From positions 7,272,548-7,336,547 of the forward strand of contig CAJINV010000004.1 in the NCBI GenBank assembly GCA_905178155.1: a stretch of 64,000 nucleotides of DNA. Reading direction: 5' to 3'. The stretch comes from Amoebophrya sp. A120. Its lineage: Eukaryota; Protista; Dinoflagellata. Below are positions 1-12,754 of this stretch, piece after piece. Every line of letters starts with the position of its first letter. The first letter of the stretch is position 1. The notes under the pieces were generated by a model, which was not told where the DNA came from, searched no databases, and worked only from the letters and a program-made list of their open reading frames with translations. A program made the position numbers and the translations under genes.

Positions 1-574
1 TCCTCTTGTTGCCTTGGAGATTATTTGTAGTCTATCTTCTCTGGAGGTGTACGGCTCTGGTAATGCAACTTCTGCTAACCCTGACATCATACAACAAACG
101 ACAAAATCTACAAGGAAGTCAAATCTTAAAAATTCGTTTTGGTACAAAAAGTGCGGTAGTGCATCGTCCGACTGGACTAGATTGTAATAAATTTCATTTT
201 GGATATCGATTTATTCGCATTAAGGAGATGATGATGATAGCTTAAAGTATAAACCGGTTCATTTTTGTAATTTGCAGTCAGTGAGAGAATTGTTCGCGCC
301 TCATGGTCATACGGTAGCCTAGCGATACAACTAAAGGTTCATAAATTAAGACAGGGCCGCTTCGCTGATGATGATGATCTTCATTGGTGCATGTACGTTT
401 TGAATGTTATGGTGCTGAAACATCTACCATCTAAACCTAATTGTACATTTGAATTGGGAATTACAAGTCAAGAATACCAGCGTGCTCTCGTGACGCCCCA
501 TTTGTATAAATAAGTAATTTCATGCTTCGGTACAGCACCAAGCAAGCTGCATTTGATTTCGCCTTCACTATAAT

Positions 575-3500
575 TCACTCAAAGTCGAAGTGTGTACGAC
601 ACCCGGCGAAGTTTCCAAAGCCGTCGACGTCCACGGGACTTGTGTTGTCAAAGTACATTTTATCCAGGGAAAAACACTTATCCCCACCCATTTTTTGCAT
701 GACAAATAGCGGAATCTATGCACGTTCTGCATGACAAATTGGATGGGGATGCTTCTTTTCTTGTGGATACATTTGCAACAACCGGTCCACTTTGCGGTCC
801 ACCTCGTTCGGCCCCTTCCGGGAGGCGAACCGGTCCGCGAGGTTGCGCAGGACCTGCTCAATCCCGGCCTCCTCGGCGAGCAGCACGTAGGCGTTGTTCA
901 TCAATTGTTCGTGCTGGGAGTGGGAGGTCGGTTCAAAGTCGAAAATCATGGCGTTGTTCGGGTCTACTTGATTGTTCGACGCTTCGTCGTGGCCGCTCGG
1001 TGTAGTAGTAGTAGTAGTTCCACCTTTGCCGTTTCCAAAACCGGGGATGGCCGCAGCGGCGGCGTCAATTGTTCCGGCGGTAATTATTCCGGAAGCTGTT
1101 GATGTGGCACCAGAGCAACTACTACCCGAAGAAGAAGAAGATGCGGCGGTGATATGTTCTACTTGGTTAAAAATTATGTTGCTGCTCATTGCAATATCCA
1201 CCGCTCCTGCACACCCCGACGTATTCGTGGTGCCCGCGGCCAACATCGAAGATGACGCAGCTCCGGGGGCACCAGGTTGAAGATGTTGCTCTACTTGATG
1301 TTCATCCACTTCGTTGGCCGAGAACACTAGGCAGTTGCTGCTTCTCGTCGTGCGCTATGAACTGCAAAAGCATCGTACTCGTATAAATGCATTATAAACT
1401 TCCTTAGCTAGCATGAGAAATAAAATTTGTAATGCGGATTTACATTAAGAAAAAGATTTGTAATGCATTATTGCAATACAACGAGTACGATACTTTTGCA
1501 CAGGATATGCCCCATTGCCGGTTGATTTCCTCGAGATGCAGCTGTCAACTATGAACTGCAGAAGTATCGCAATCGTATAAATGCATTACAAATTTCCTCA
1601 GCGTGAGAAATGAAATTTGTAATGCGGATTTACCTTGGCAGAGGGAGTTGTAATGCATGATTGCAATACGAGTACGATACTTTTGCACAGGATATCGACT
1701 CGCCGCCGACATCTTTTTTACCGCGAACATGTTCGGCGAGCACGCCGGCGTCAGGGAGGACTGCGACGGCGGCGATATGAACTGCAAAAGTATTGTATCG
1801 TACTCGTATAAATGCATTACAAATTTCCCCAGCATGCGAGATAAAATTTGTAATGCGGATTTGCCTTAACAAGATGGAGATTTGTAATGCATGATTGCAA
1901 TACGAGTACGATACTTTTGCACAGGATAGGCGAGCTCGCGTGGCCAAAGGAGGGGACCGTCGGGATGGTCGGGTTCACAAACTGCATCACGGCCGAGTTC
2001 TCCGCAATTTCCTCTTCCGCAAGTCTCTGCCCGAGGTCGAAAATCAGCATCAAGTCGTCGAGGAGGAGGCAGTTCAACTCGATGTCGTCAATCTGCCCGC
2101 CGAACTCGAACCAGTCGCGGACGACGGTGAAAAAGTTCTTCTGCCTCACGAAATAATCCAGATGAAAACTCCGGTTGTGTGCGTTGGACAGAGTCGTTGG
2201 GGGCGGCAAAATGTCTTGCTGGTGCTGACTGCGGGAAAACGTTTGGTCCCGCTCCCTCTGCGGGGTCTCGGCGGTCGCAGACAACATGGTTTTTACCGCG
2301 TTGCCGTACACCCGAACGCACTCTTTGACGATGGAATTCGATCGGCGGCTGGAAATCTCCTCGTATACTAAATCGAAAAAATCTTGGCTCGCGCCCCTGC
2401 GATTTTCGAATTATGTTGGAAAAATCTGCAAAGCCAAACGACGGTAGTCGTACATCAGGAATGTTGACACTATCATTCATTCGCTCATGCCGACAAAAAA
2501 GAATGAAAAGAATGAAGCAAGGCGAGGAAATAATTCTGGGTCGCATTATACACCGTAGCAGAATCCGAACGGAAGTAATAAAGCTAAAGCTTTCGGCAAA
2601 AAAATACAGAAAAATACTTTTCATTCACAATGGGGTGGCAGAGGTGAAAGCACTGGTCCGCCGTCCCGGCCGCTATTATGGCCACCATCCTCGCGATTTC
2701 CCGTTTTTTCGAGCCCTTTATCCCGATAAAGGCCTCTGCCAGCGCGGACGTCAGCCCCGCGGATTTCAAACACAAGTCCAAGAACTCCCCGCCGCCGTGC
2801 TCTATTAAACGCAAAGATGTCTGGGAGTCTGGAAGATTGTAGTAAATTTGTGATGCTCTCTCTGGATTTTAAACAAGATTTGTATTGCATGACCAGCAAG
2901 AGGACTCCAGACTGTGCTACGCGGAGAGGGTCTTTCCTATACGGTAGAGGTATCTTCACAAAGCCCTCTAAAAGTCTGTGATGCTCGGGCATGCATTACA
3001 GACATCATGGGTCATGCAAAATTCGATGACAAACCTGGCAAAAATCCTCCAGACCCAGATCGATATTTGCAATCCATATGCGCCAGCATGGAACCAAGGC
3101 AGACCGCAACGGACGCGCGTAAATATCCTGAGTAAAAGCGTCCCTATATTACCAGAGTCAAGATGGAAAAGCTGCTAGACAAATCAGCCAACTTTGGTTG
3201 TTGCGCATGACAAGTTTGTCCTCGTAGTGTAACCTTCTTTAGCTAGTACTTAGAGCAGCAGCATCACAGATCTAGCATATCATGCTATTTTTTATAGCAT
3301 CACAAATCCCAAAACACGACTAGAAAAAGCTTCTCATGTGGCTTCGCGTGAGAAACTTTTTTGGCATGCAGATTTGCATGACAACTCTGGGGTGGGGACG
3401 TTTTTACATAGGATAGCAAATCCACCTGGTTCGAATGGGTTTTCGACTGCTGGTAGGTCCTCACCGAAACCCGCGTTTGTTGCACGTTCAACATCTTTGT

Positions 3501-6500
3501 CCCGTTCAACATCTTGTTCGTCCCGTTCGTGTTTATAATTTTCTGGTTCATTTCTTTTTGCAGCAACTGTGACTGCTGCATTTGGGAATCCACACCGACG
3601 CCTAATCTCAGCCCGTTTCCTCCCGGTACGAACACAGGATGCCCCCCCTGAAGATGATCCCCACCGGCAGCACGGAAGTCGTAGGACGTCAGAGAGGGCC
3701 ATGAAATGCAAATATGTCTGGACGTCTGGAAACTTGTGATGCTGGGTGGCGTATTATGACGAGGCCACAAGTGCTGGCTCAGCATGACAAGTTTCTGAGC
3801 TTGTTCTAGGTGTTGCCTACTTATTCTGCATGACACGCTGCGTTTCTCCATGTTGACAGAAAAATGCGGCCGCTCTTGGGTAATGTGCACGACAAATTAA
3901 AATTTAAAAGTCATGTGAGGCAAGCATGACAAACTTGCACTCTTCCAGACCCAGACACTTTTGCACTTGATAAAGGCGGCGAGCGGACGATTTCGAAGGT
4001 CTCGCCCGTCCCCGGATCGGTGGACTGGATCACCAGGGGCGTTTATGACAGTGCAAAACTCCCCCTCCCCTTCATGATTTGTATAGCATGAACGGCAATA
4101 GTACAAGCATCAGCAAGAAAAAGAATGCCGGTTTTGCATGACAAATTTACACTGGAGCGTACTAGTGCTGTTTGGGCTACCAGGACTTGTCATGCAGACA
4201 GTGCCAAGAGCCACAAAATGGTTATGGGATTTTGCATGAAAAATGCGGGATGAAAGGAGGAGAAGGGGTTGTGCACTGTCGTAGTGTTGGCGGGTTCAGC
4301 TTCGCCCGCAAGGAGCTCTTCGTCGGCGGGGTCTGGAGCTGCGGGGGTTCCTTGCTGTGGTTCGAGTTGGAAATGGACGATGTCGACATCGCTTCCTTCG
4401 ACACGTTGGTGTGCAGGTCTTGGTGCAGTGGGATGGACATCACACAGAAAAAAACAAGGACAAGGTCATATTTGTAATGCAAAAATAAATAGATACACAA
4501 AAAGAATATACAAATTTTTCTAGAAAAATTTGTCATGGGCGGCCCCATAGCATGCTTTTTAGGATCTGTGTGTGTTCATTTCTGCATATACAAATATGCC
4601 CTGCTAGGTTTTTCTCTGTGGGATAATGGAACAGCTGCTGTCAAAATTGTCCTCCTCAAACACTTCCGCGACGAGCTGCTCCTGCGTGGCTATGCATTGC
4701 AAAAGTATCGTACCAGTAGCGGTTTTTGCAATACAAATTTTCATCCCTCCAAAGTGAGGACTGAAATTTGTAATGCTGATTCAGCGAAAGAAAGATTATT
4801 TGTAATGCAGAAATGCGAATAATTTTTCCATATAATTTCAATTACAGCAATCACGATTGTACTTCTACTTTTGCAATTCATAATGGCTTGATCCACCGAC
4901 TTCTCGTTTTGCGAGTTATCGTCCATCGGGCTGGCGTTCATGACTTGGATGTTGTTCGCCCGTAGCTTCCGTTTGAGATTCCGGTCGTGCTGCTCCTTAC
5001 CGATCGCTTGAATCAAGCCGCCGAACAAATTCCGTGGACTTGGCTGCGGAATGAACGGCTGGCTACTAGTAGCACCGCTGCCGGCGCAGGAACCACTTTG
5101 TTGGTCCATGTTGTGGTTACTCGCCACCGACATGCGGTGGTCGAGTTGCGAGCAGAGGCTGTTGTCCTCGCTGTTGGGCCCATTGTTCAGCATCCCCTTC
5201 ATGGGGTTCGGATTGCTGTTTCCCAGCGAGCTGTTGCTCATGTTCCCGATCGGAGAGGAGGAAAAGTGAAACCGCCCGAGAGAGGACCCAAATGACCGGT
5301 GCTGGCGGTAGCGGTTCCTGACCGGGGAAATCGGGCTGGGACTGGTGTCGAGCTTGAAAAAATTATTGTCCCTATGTTTGTCGGGCGGGGGCGGATCTTG
5401 CGAAGGGTGCGCCAACTCCTGCGTGATGCGGGGTCGGTTCAATAGTGTAGTGGTCCCAGCAGCGCCGTTAGAGGGTGGAGCTACGATGTTGCCATGCAGC
5501 TGGTTCGCCCACGAAGCCCCCGACGCCTGTGTCGCGTTTTGGTGCTGCTGCAAGTTGGTGGAAATGAGCTGATTATTAGCAGCTACCACAGTACTAGCTC
5601 CACCGCCCAACGCCGCTCCTCCGCCAGCATCCCCTCCTGCTCTCTGCGCCTGCTCTAGCTGTTCCTTCGAGCTCTGCTCGGCGAAAAAGTGCGTTTTCCA
5701 CTGCTCGCGCTTCTCTTCATTCACCCTTTCCACACCGCCAATTCTGATCAAATGCAAAAGTGTCTGGGTCCTCTGGGAGATTCTGAGACTTATCACGCAC
5801 GTTTTGCATGAGCCATGATGTCTGTGATGCATGCCGTAGCATCACAGATTTTTCGAGGGGTTCTCGATGCCTATTTCGCATGACAAATGCCCTATAGCAA
5901 AAATTACATTTTTCCCTTTGCTACTTATGCAATACAATTTTTTTTGGAATCCAGATGCAGCATCACAAGTCGCACTCTTCCAGAGCCAGACATTTTTGCA
6001 TTTGATAATTCTCGGATGGTAGCGATCCCCGAAACGAAGAAAGTTGCAGAGGATCTTCAACAGCTGCGCAGAGTTATTGTTACTCGCCGTCGCTGTTTTA
6101 TATCAAACGCAAATATGTCTGGGTCGGGAAATCTGTAATGCTGAATGGTCATGAGTGAAACCGCCTTTAAGTGCAATACTGCATGATAAATTTTTAAAAC
6201 GCTTTTACATGCTCAGTGCGCATTACAAACTGCGCTTTTTCATGGCGAAATAGTGGCGCTTTTGTTGCTTTTATGCAATACAGATTTTTCTGGAGTCCTG
6301 GACAAGCAATACAAGTTGAAGTTTACGACCCTTTCCAGACCCAGGTGGCATATTTGCGTTTGATACTGTACAACCTGGGTTCATCAGTAACCCGCCGGAT
6401 GAAGTTGTACTACTACTAGGTACAACCGCGACGAGCGGTGTAGACACGGGGTTTCCATCGAGATTCGTCTGTGCGTTCACATTATCTCCAGCACAGGAGG

Positions 6501-9500
6501 CCGCGGCGTGCCGCAGCAGCTGAAACCGCTCTTCGCGGTCGTTTGGATCGGCAGAAGAAGTGCAGCCCTTGATCAGGTGATGCAAGCCGGAAACGGCGTC
6601 CAGCGTGACCCGCAGATCCACGTGGTGGGCAATGGCCTCCGCAAAAATGGAGAACAGAGGGGAAACCTACGTAGAGGTTTTGTTAGATTGCAAGGACGAG
6701 ATAAAGATATATTTATTCGACGAAATAACTGCTCGTCCCGCAGCACAGCAACTAGGACGAGGTCGACTGGAGCTACTTCTACTTCTGAACACGTATCGTA
6801 AATTGACACGAAAATAAATTACGAAAAAAAAAATCGATCTTGAGTGATACATCTCCCAATCTCGGTGCTGGTCGGCCCCGGCAGAGCAACTGCAGCACCC
6901 AGAACAACACGCGCAGCACCTTTAGTCGCCCCGTCGCCGTCCACGTTGGCGGGTGCTGCTGCAGAATCGCGTGCAACATCGGGACCGTTTGGAGGTGAAG
7001 TAGCTTGTCCCGCCATCGGACGTCCGGGTCCGCGACGAGATTTCCCATGGTCCATATCAGTTGTTCGCACAGGCAGAGACTTATGCTGTGCAAACGTATC
7101 GTACTCGTACTAATTGCTTTTATGCATTACAAATCTTTTTCTTAAGGCAAATCCGCATTACAGATTTGATTTGTAATGCTGAGCTACTTTGTATTGCAAT
7201 TTCTACAAGTACGATATTTTTGCAGTTCGTAACACTCAACGCCGAACGACTGTGCATCACGGAAACCAGGATCTGGGGTAATGGTTCGAAGTTGCTGTCC
7301 CTCGTGAAGTCCACGTGCAGATCGAATATTACAGTGAAAAGTGCCCCCACCCCCAAAGTTACAAAAATTTGTGATGCGAAGTTTCCAAATGAAAACTTTT
7401 TGTCATGCATGAAAGGAGTATGAATCTTTCTTGTTTCTGATGCAGATTCTAGCGGTGTTTCGCATCGCTTGCATGACAAGCACCGCTCTTGCTGGGATCT
7501 TTTGCAATACAAATTTTTGCCATTCACGATCGGAAATCTGTGATGCTGATACATGCAAGAGGGCGAATGTTTCATTTGGAAAGGTTTGCAATACAAATGC
7601 TTTAAAGTTCGGGGGTGGGGGCATTTTTCATTGTAATATCGAACGGAATTTGTTCACGACCATGATCCTGCTGGACAACTTGCTGTTGAAGATGTTGTAT
7701 GCTGTACGAAAGTATCGTACTTACTCGTATAAATGCAGGTCTTGCATTACAAATTTTTTTGTCAAGGCAAATCTGCATTACAAATCTCATTTCTCACGCT
7801 CAGGAAATTTGTCATGCGATATATACTAGTATGTACGATACTTTTGCAGTTCATATGTTGATCTGCAGCGGAGCAACTCGTCGTGCTGGAGGTAGATAGC
7901 GTGTTGGGGAGCAACGGCATGTTACCACAGAGAAAATTATTGTGAAGACCGCTCCCGATTGTACTACTGCCAACAACGTTCAGATTCGTCTTGGACAGAA
8001 TCCCGGAAACCAGATTGCAGCACACCCAACACGCCTCGAATTGCGCTTTCACGTCTAAGGATCGTGCGAGCGTGCGGAGTAGGATGTCGATCAGTTGCTG
8101 CTTCAACTGCTGATTCCGGGCGTGCTGCTCGTGGCTAGTAGTGGTTGCTGTGGTCGTGGAGGAGGAACTGGAACTGCTAGTACCATAATTTCCGTTTGAT
8201 GAATTTTTGATCATGTTGTTCGCAGTCGAACTACTTGTGCTGGAGGTACTCAAGCCCGAAACACCGACGATTGGACCTCCCCCGTGGTTATGCTCTGCAA
8301 AAGTATCGTACTTTCTCGTAGTAATTCTTGCAATCCTGAAATATTCTTCTTAAGGTAAATCCGCTTTAAAAATTTTATTTCTCATGCTGGGGCAATCAAA
8401 ATTTGTAATGCATTTATACGAGTACGATAGTTTTGCACAGCATAGTGGTTCTTCCCTTGGAGGTCGTTAGAACAAGCACTGCTCGAATATGGCGCTCTCA
8501 AATGTTACATTCTCAACTGTTACATGATTTGTCACGCAAAACTACCATAAGCAGCCACACGATCAAGTGGCTGCGCATGACAAATTGCTATTCCCTAAGG
8601 GCTAAACAGCATGGAATAAATCTGTGCCAAATTTGTGATGCTAGAGTTGCGAGATCCTCCCTTTCATTTTCATCTCTGCTCTTGCACCACAAATTCATCA
8701 TGTAACAGTTGAGCATGTAACGACGTTTGAGAACCCCATATCGAAGAAGAGGAAGAAGATGCAGTCGTGGTAGACGAGTAGGTGGCGAGGCGTTTCCTCA
8801 ATTCGCACAGCAAGTGCAGGAACTGGGCGTACTTGCGCCATCGGTCGAAATCGAGACTAGGATCTTCGGCAGTACCGGCTGCATGGGTCGAGCCGCCCGA
8901 ATTCGAGGCTGCTCCTGCTCCACTTGGTCCGCCAAAAAAACCACCACCGCCAACATCTCCGTCGTCAGTCATGTATGGCGCTCTCAAACGTTGCATTCTC
9001 AACTGTTACAAATGAATTTGTGATGCTAAACCGACATGAATTTGTGATGCAAGAATGGCAAACGTGAAAGGGGAGACCTAGCGCGTCTCGCATGACAGAT
9101 TTGGCGCAGACTCTCAGCCTGTTTGGCTCTTCGAAAATTTGTCATGCGAAGCAGCTTGATCATGTAGATACTGATGGCAATTTTGCATGGCAAATAATGT
9201 AACAGTTGAGAATGTAACGTTTGAGAGTCCGATATCATGTCCAGTTCGCGTCGTAAGTTCATCGTCCCCATGCCTGTCGCCCCACCGCCCGCTTCCATCC
9301 CGTCCTCATCATCCAACAAAATGTTACACCCACTTTCGGCCGCCGAAAGCCCGCAGAACGACGGCTCCGCTAGCTGCGTCACGTGGTCCGCTATGTCGGT
9401 GATCTCGCTCAGTTTCAAATACGACGCTTGATGTCTGGTGGTAGAGGAGGAGGAGCTCGTGGCAGTCGTCCCGACCAGTGGCGGGGGCGTGCAGATGCTC

Positions 9501-10610
9501 TGCATCAGGTAGGTGTCCGCTGGGATGCAAGACTCCTGAAACTCTGCATCGAACGTAGACGCCTATGCTTTGCAAAAGCATCGTAAAAGTACAAATTGCA
9601 TAAAGAAATCGCTCACGACACGCTGAACTAAAAATGCTGGGCCAAATTGAAAAAGTAGGTGGCACTTCTTGTCATGAAGCAATTGCATCTTCATCCATAT
9701 CGTACTACGATACTTTTACACAGCAGGATAAAACCAAGCCGGTCACGATGGTTGCGAGATTCAACTGTGCGGTTGGGGGTATGGCTGCGGCGGCGGTAGT
9801 ACTAGAAGAAGATGATGGAGCGGCTCCGGCGGTTCCAGAGCTACTACCAGAGCCGCCGCCGGAAGGAATTGATGTATTAGGGTTACCACGACCAGAAGAG
9901 GAGGAGGAAGAAGAAGAGCCTCCATAATTATTCTGCGGGTTGTTCGACGTCAGCCCTGCTTGATCGTGATGTAATTGAAATTGTTGTCCCGCAATCACGT
10001 TCGCAGCTAAATAGTGTCGGAACTTTTCCCTGACGTGAAACACCCTGTCCTCTCGCAACCTCGCCTTCCGCTCGCTGGTGCTCAAGTGAAACGAACTTCT
10101 CGCCCCGTGCCGCGGCGTGGAATCGAGTAACACGTTGTGGTTGCTGCCGCAATTCATCATCTCTTGGCTGTTCGGAAAAGAGCAGCTGTCCTGCGAACCG
10201 CAATCCGCGTTTTGCAACACTAGATCTCCCAATCTTATTCCCGTCGCAGAGCTGTGCGGGTTGGGGTTGCTGTTCAAGGACCTAGAAACGAACAAGGGGT
10301 TATTTGCACTTGTTGAAGAACTGGAGCAACCGAAGCACTCGTTGGGATTGTTGCTATTCGTAGTCATCATCATTCCGAAGTGCTCCACCGAGGGACCACA
10401 GGAGATGGACATCATTTTGGCTCGTTTCTCCGCCAGTAGCTGGGCCTTCTCCTGCTTGCGCAGCTGGAGTTGGGAGTCCGCGCGCCGCCACCGTTCGGTA
10501 TCGTTGTCGTACTGGCCCTGTTTGAACGCGTGGCGCCGGCGGTCGTTGGCTGCTCCTTGGGCCGTGGAGGAAGAGGAGGATCCGCCATGCTGTTCCTGAT
10601 CCACGAACAT
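575..10610 (-). CDS. Divergent importin-alpha (karyopherin alpha)-like protein; multi-exon, 19 introners plus probable canonical introns
   Basis: IBB-like RRRHAFKQG...RWRRADSQLQLRKQEKAQLLAEKR. ARM-like segments AQFEACWVCCNLVSG, EQLIWTMGNLVAD...RDKLL, LFWVLQLLCRGRPAP, TLDAVSGLHHL, KKREIARMVAIIAAGT. C-terminal AEEAGIEQVLRNL...EVDRKVDRLLQMYF. The order matches importin alpha. Start ATG uncertain. Confidence 0.75.
661..769. mobile_element. Introner family C
   Basis: TIR TATCCAGG..CCCA/GGATG..GGATA; flanks CATTT/CATTT. Confidence 0.85.
1356..1507. mobile_element. Introner family A
   Basis: TIR TATnnnnTGCAAAAGYATCGTACTCG; flanks TGCGC/TGCCC. Confidence 0.85.
1550..1694. mobile_element. Introner family A
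   Basis: Family A TIR; flanks TCAAC/TCGAC. Confidence 0.85.
1776..1928. mobile_element. Introner family A
   Basis: Family A TIR; flanks GGCGA/GGCGA. Confidence 0.9.
2803..3078. mobile_element. Introner family B
   Basis: TIR TATnnnnYGCAAAnATGTCTGGGTCTGGA; flanks TGCTC/TGCGC. Confidence 0.8.
3124..3415. mobile_element. Introner family F
   Basis: TIR TATCCT..TAAAA.CGTCCC; flanks GTAAA/GCAAA. Confidence 0.8.
3700..3972. mobile_element. Introner family B (B2 interior)
   Basis: Family B TIR starting CAT; flanks AGGGC/AAGGC. Confidence 0.85.
4044..4283. mobile_element. Introner family D
   Basis: TIR TATGACAGTGCA.AACTCCCC; flanks GCGTT/GTGTT. Confidence 0.85.
4438..4625. mobile_element. Introner family K (C-like)
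   Basis: IR CATCACACAGAAAA..CATATTTGTA / TACAAATATG..CTGTGGGATA; flanks ATGGA/ATGGA. Confidence 0.75.
4691..4882. mobile_element. Introner family A
   Basis: Family A TIR; flanks GTGGC/ATGGC. Confidence 0.8.
5746..6007. mobile_element. Introner family B
   Basis: Family B TIR starting GAT; flanks ATTCT/ATTCT. Confidence 0.85.
6101..6365. mobile_element. Introner family B
   Basis: TIR TATCAAACGCAAATATG at both ends; flanks eroded (TTTTA/CTGTA). Confidence 0.75.
7082..7231. mobile_element. Introner family A
   Basis: Family A TIR; flanks AGACT/ACACT. Confidence 0.8.
7327..7638. mobile_element. Introner family J
   Basis: TIR TATTACARTGAAAARTGCCCCCACCCCC; flanks TCGAA/TCGAA. Confidence 0.85.
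7698..7855. mobile_element. Introner family A
   Basis: Family A TIR; flanks TGTTG/TGTTG. Confidence 0.85.
8289..8444. mobile_element. Introner family A
   Basis: Family A TIR; flanks GTGGT/GTGGT. Confidence 0.85.
8488..8740. mobile_element. Introner family E
   Basis: TIR TATGG..CTCAAA.GTTACAT.CTCAACTGTTACATG; flanks TCGAA/TCGAA. Confidence 0.9.
8974..9234. mobile_element. Introner family E (opposite orientation to 8488)
   Basis: Family E TIR; flanks TCATG/TCATG. Confidence 0.9.
9564..9730. mobile_element. Introner family A (diverged)
   Basis: Family A TIR; flanks ACGCC/AAACC. Confidence 0.7.
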
Positions 10611-11654
10611 CTTGATCTTGAACTCTCGATTTTTGTTCGGCGACGTTCCTATAACCTCCGAGGATGCTTCAAACAAATTCTTGATCTTGAGCAGGCCAAA
10701 ATCAAACGTGTGCTGGTTGTCCTCACGTATTAATATGTCGATTTACTCATACTCTTCGTACCCACATCGCAAAGAGGCTTGCTGTTGCTCCCTCCGGTTC
10801 TACAACTCTAGTAATCTTTCAACTACAGTTGTTTGACTTCAGTACTTCTAGAGCAAACTACTTACAATCCTGCTCCGGCTACGAAACTATCTCGGTATAA
10901 TTCTCCTGCAGGAGCACCTTCGAAGAAGATTAGGAGCCCGATGTAGAGGACACTAACAGAAGCAGAAGATGTTGAAACAGAGGACAACTATACTATACTT
11001 CTTCCCAGATCGATTTCTAAATCTGCCGACCGAATGAACAAAAACTCCAGCACCCCCTCGACAAACCGGACACCCGCTCGTCCATGGTGACTTCATTTCG
11101 CAAAACAAAAAAAACGAAGACGATTTTTTCTCTACCCGAACGCCACACGATGAATCAACACGACCTGCTGGAACTGAACAAGATAGTCGCTCTCGCTCAT
11201 GTCGCGAATCACCCTAGTAAGAACATGTGTGTAGTCGCACTCCTCGCAGTCCAACACATATGGACATGATTATGGTTTGGAATTCCGAGTTTTTAATTTT
11301 CGGCTCATTTTTTTTTCTTGATCTTGTATCCAAGCATCGGAGGTGGAGGTCTTTGAAAAAGTCTCTAGAAGTTGCGTGTTAAAGTCAAGCCGTGCGGCAA
11401 CGATTTACAGTGTGGCTCAACATCTACTTCTATGCGCGATGAAAAGTAGAACAGCTTGAGGGCCGCCATGAGATTTGTCTATAGTGGTTATTCGTCCCAT
11501 GTTGTACTTAATCGAACAAACCCCCAACATCCCGTTCATCTTCAAACTGAAACGTGGACTTGCGAAACAGGAGCATGTCTGTCCCACCAAATAAGCAGTT
11601 TAGGCGAAGATGTTGTTGAGCATGTAGTAGTGGTCCACGACCACTTCTACCCTT

Positions 11655-12754
11655 CTACTCGTCATCACTGTCCTCCTCCGCGGCAGCCGCTAGCAGCGCG
11701 GCAGCAGCTGTTAGGGCGTTTGCGGGTTTCTTCTCCGACTCCTTTTTTTTCTCCCCGACTGGTGCGGCTTCTGCTTCTTTGCTCTTTTCTGCACTCGCCG
11801 CCTTATCCCCTGCCTCCCCTGACTCTTTCGACGCGTTTTTGTCCTCGCCCGCCTTCTATCAAATGCAAAAATGTCTGGGTCTGGAAGATTCTGAGACTTG
11901 TGATGCACGTCTTGCATGAGCCATGATGTCTGTGATGCACGCCCTAGCATCCCAGATTTTTGGAGGGCATGTTGATGCCTATTCCGCATGACAAATGCCC
12001 TATCCTTGTAGCAAAAATTATACTCCTTTTGCTACTCTTGCAATACAGATTTTTTTGGAATCCAAATGCAGCATCACAAGTTGCATTCTTCCAGACCCAG
12101 ACATATTTGCAATGCATACCTTCTTTTCGCCCTCTCCGGCCTCGCCCCCCTCTTCGACCTTCCGCTTCTTTGCCGCGGGCTCCGGGTCAACATCCTTTGG
12201 GAGCGTGGGATCGTATTTCGCGATCTTTGCCATAATATCGGAGGGGTATTTGTTGTCAAGGTACCTGGAGGACGGGTAGTTTGATTCATTGTGTGTTCGA
12301 AATCGAATTCGAAAAGCAAAAACAAGTTAATGCAACTCCTGCATGAAGATTTAATACCCTCTTGTTCCTAATCATCAGCACAACTTTTGATCAAAATCAC
12401 AACAATCTATCACCACGAAGAAGCAAAAAAAAAATACTTGACGTTGGAGAAGCAATGGGAGAGCACCTCGACCTTCTCATCGGTAAGTATGTGTCCCTCG
12501 TGCTTCAGCAAAGTCTGGATGAACTTGACCCGCGTGTTGTAGTGACTCTTCGGTTCATCGGGCCTCCTACGGGCATAGGACTTCTGGAAATCAAACTTCC
12601 CGGCAATGACCTTAAACGCCGCGTTTCCATCCACTGGGGCGGCAGCAGCGGCGGAGGAAGACGCGGGCTGTGCGGGTTTCGGGCTACCCTTCGGCGCCAG
12701 TTTCGGCGAGCCTTTATTCTCCGCCGCACCGCCGGCGGAAGAGGTCGCGGCCAT
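11655..12754 (-). CDS. XRN2-binding (XTBD)-like domain protein; 3 exons
   Basis: YARRPDEPKSHYNTRVKFI...KVEVLSHCFSNVK/YLDNKYPSDIMAKI resembles the XTBD consensus. One GT-AG intron (~12265-12438) and one introner. Spliced frame ends EEDSDDE-TAG at 11655. Confidence 0.6.
11857..12118. mobile_element. Introner family B
   Basis: Family B TIR; flanks CCTTC/CCTTC. Confidence 0.9.
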
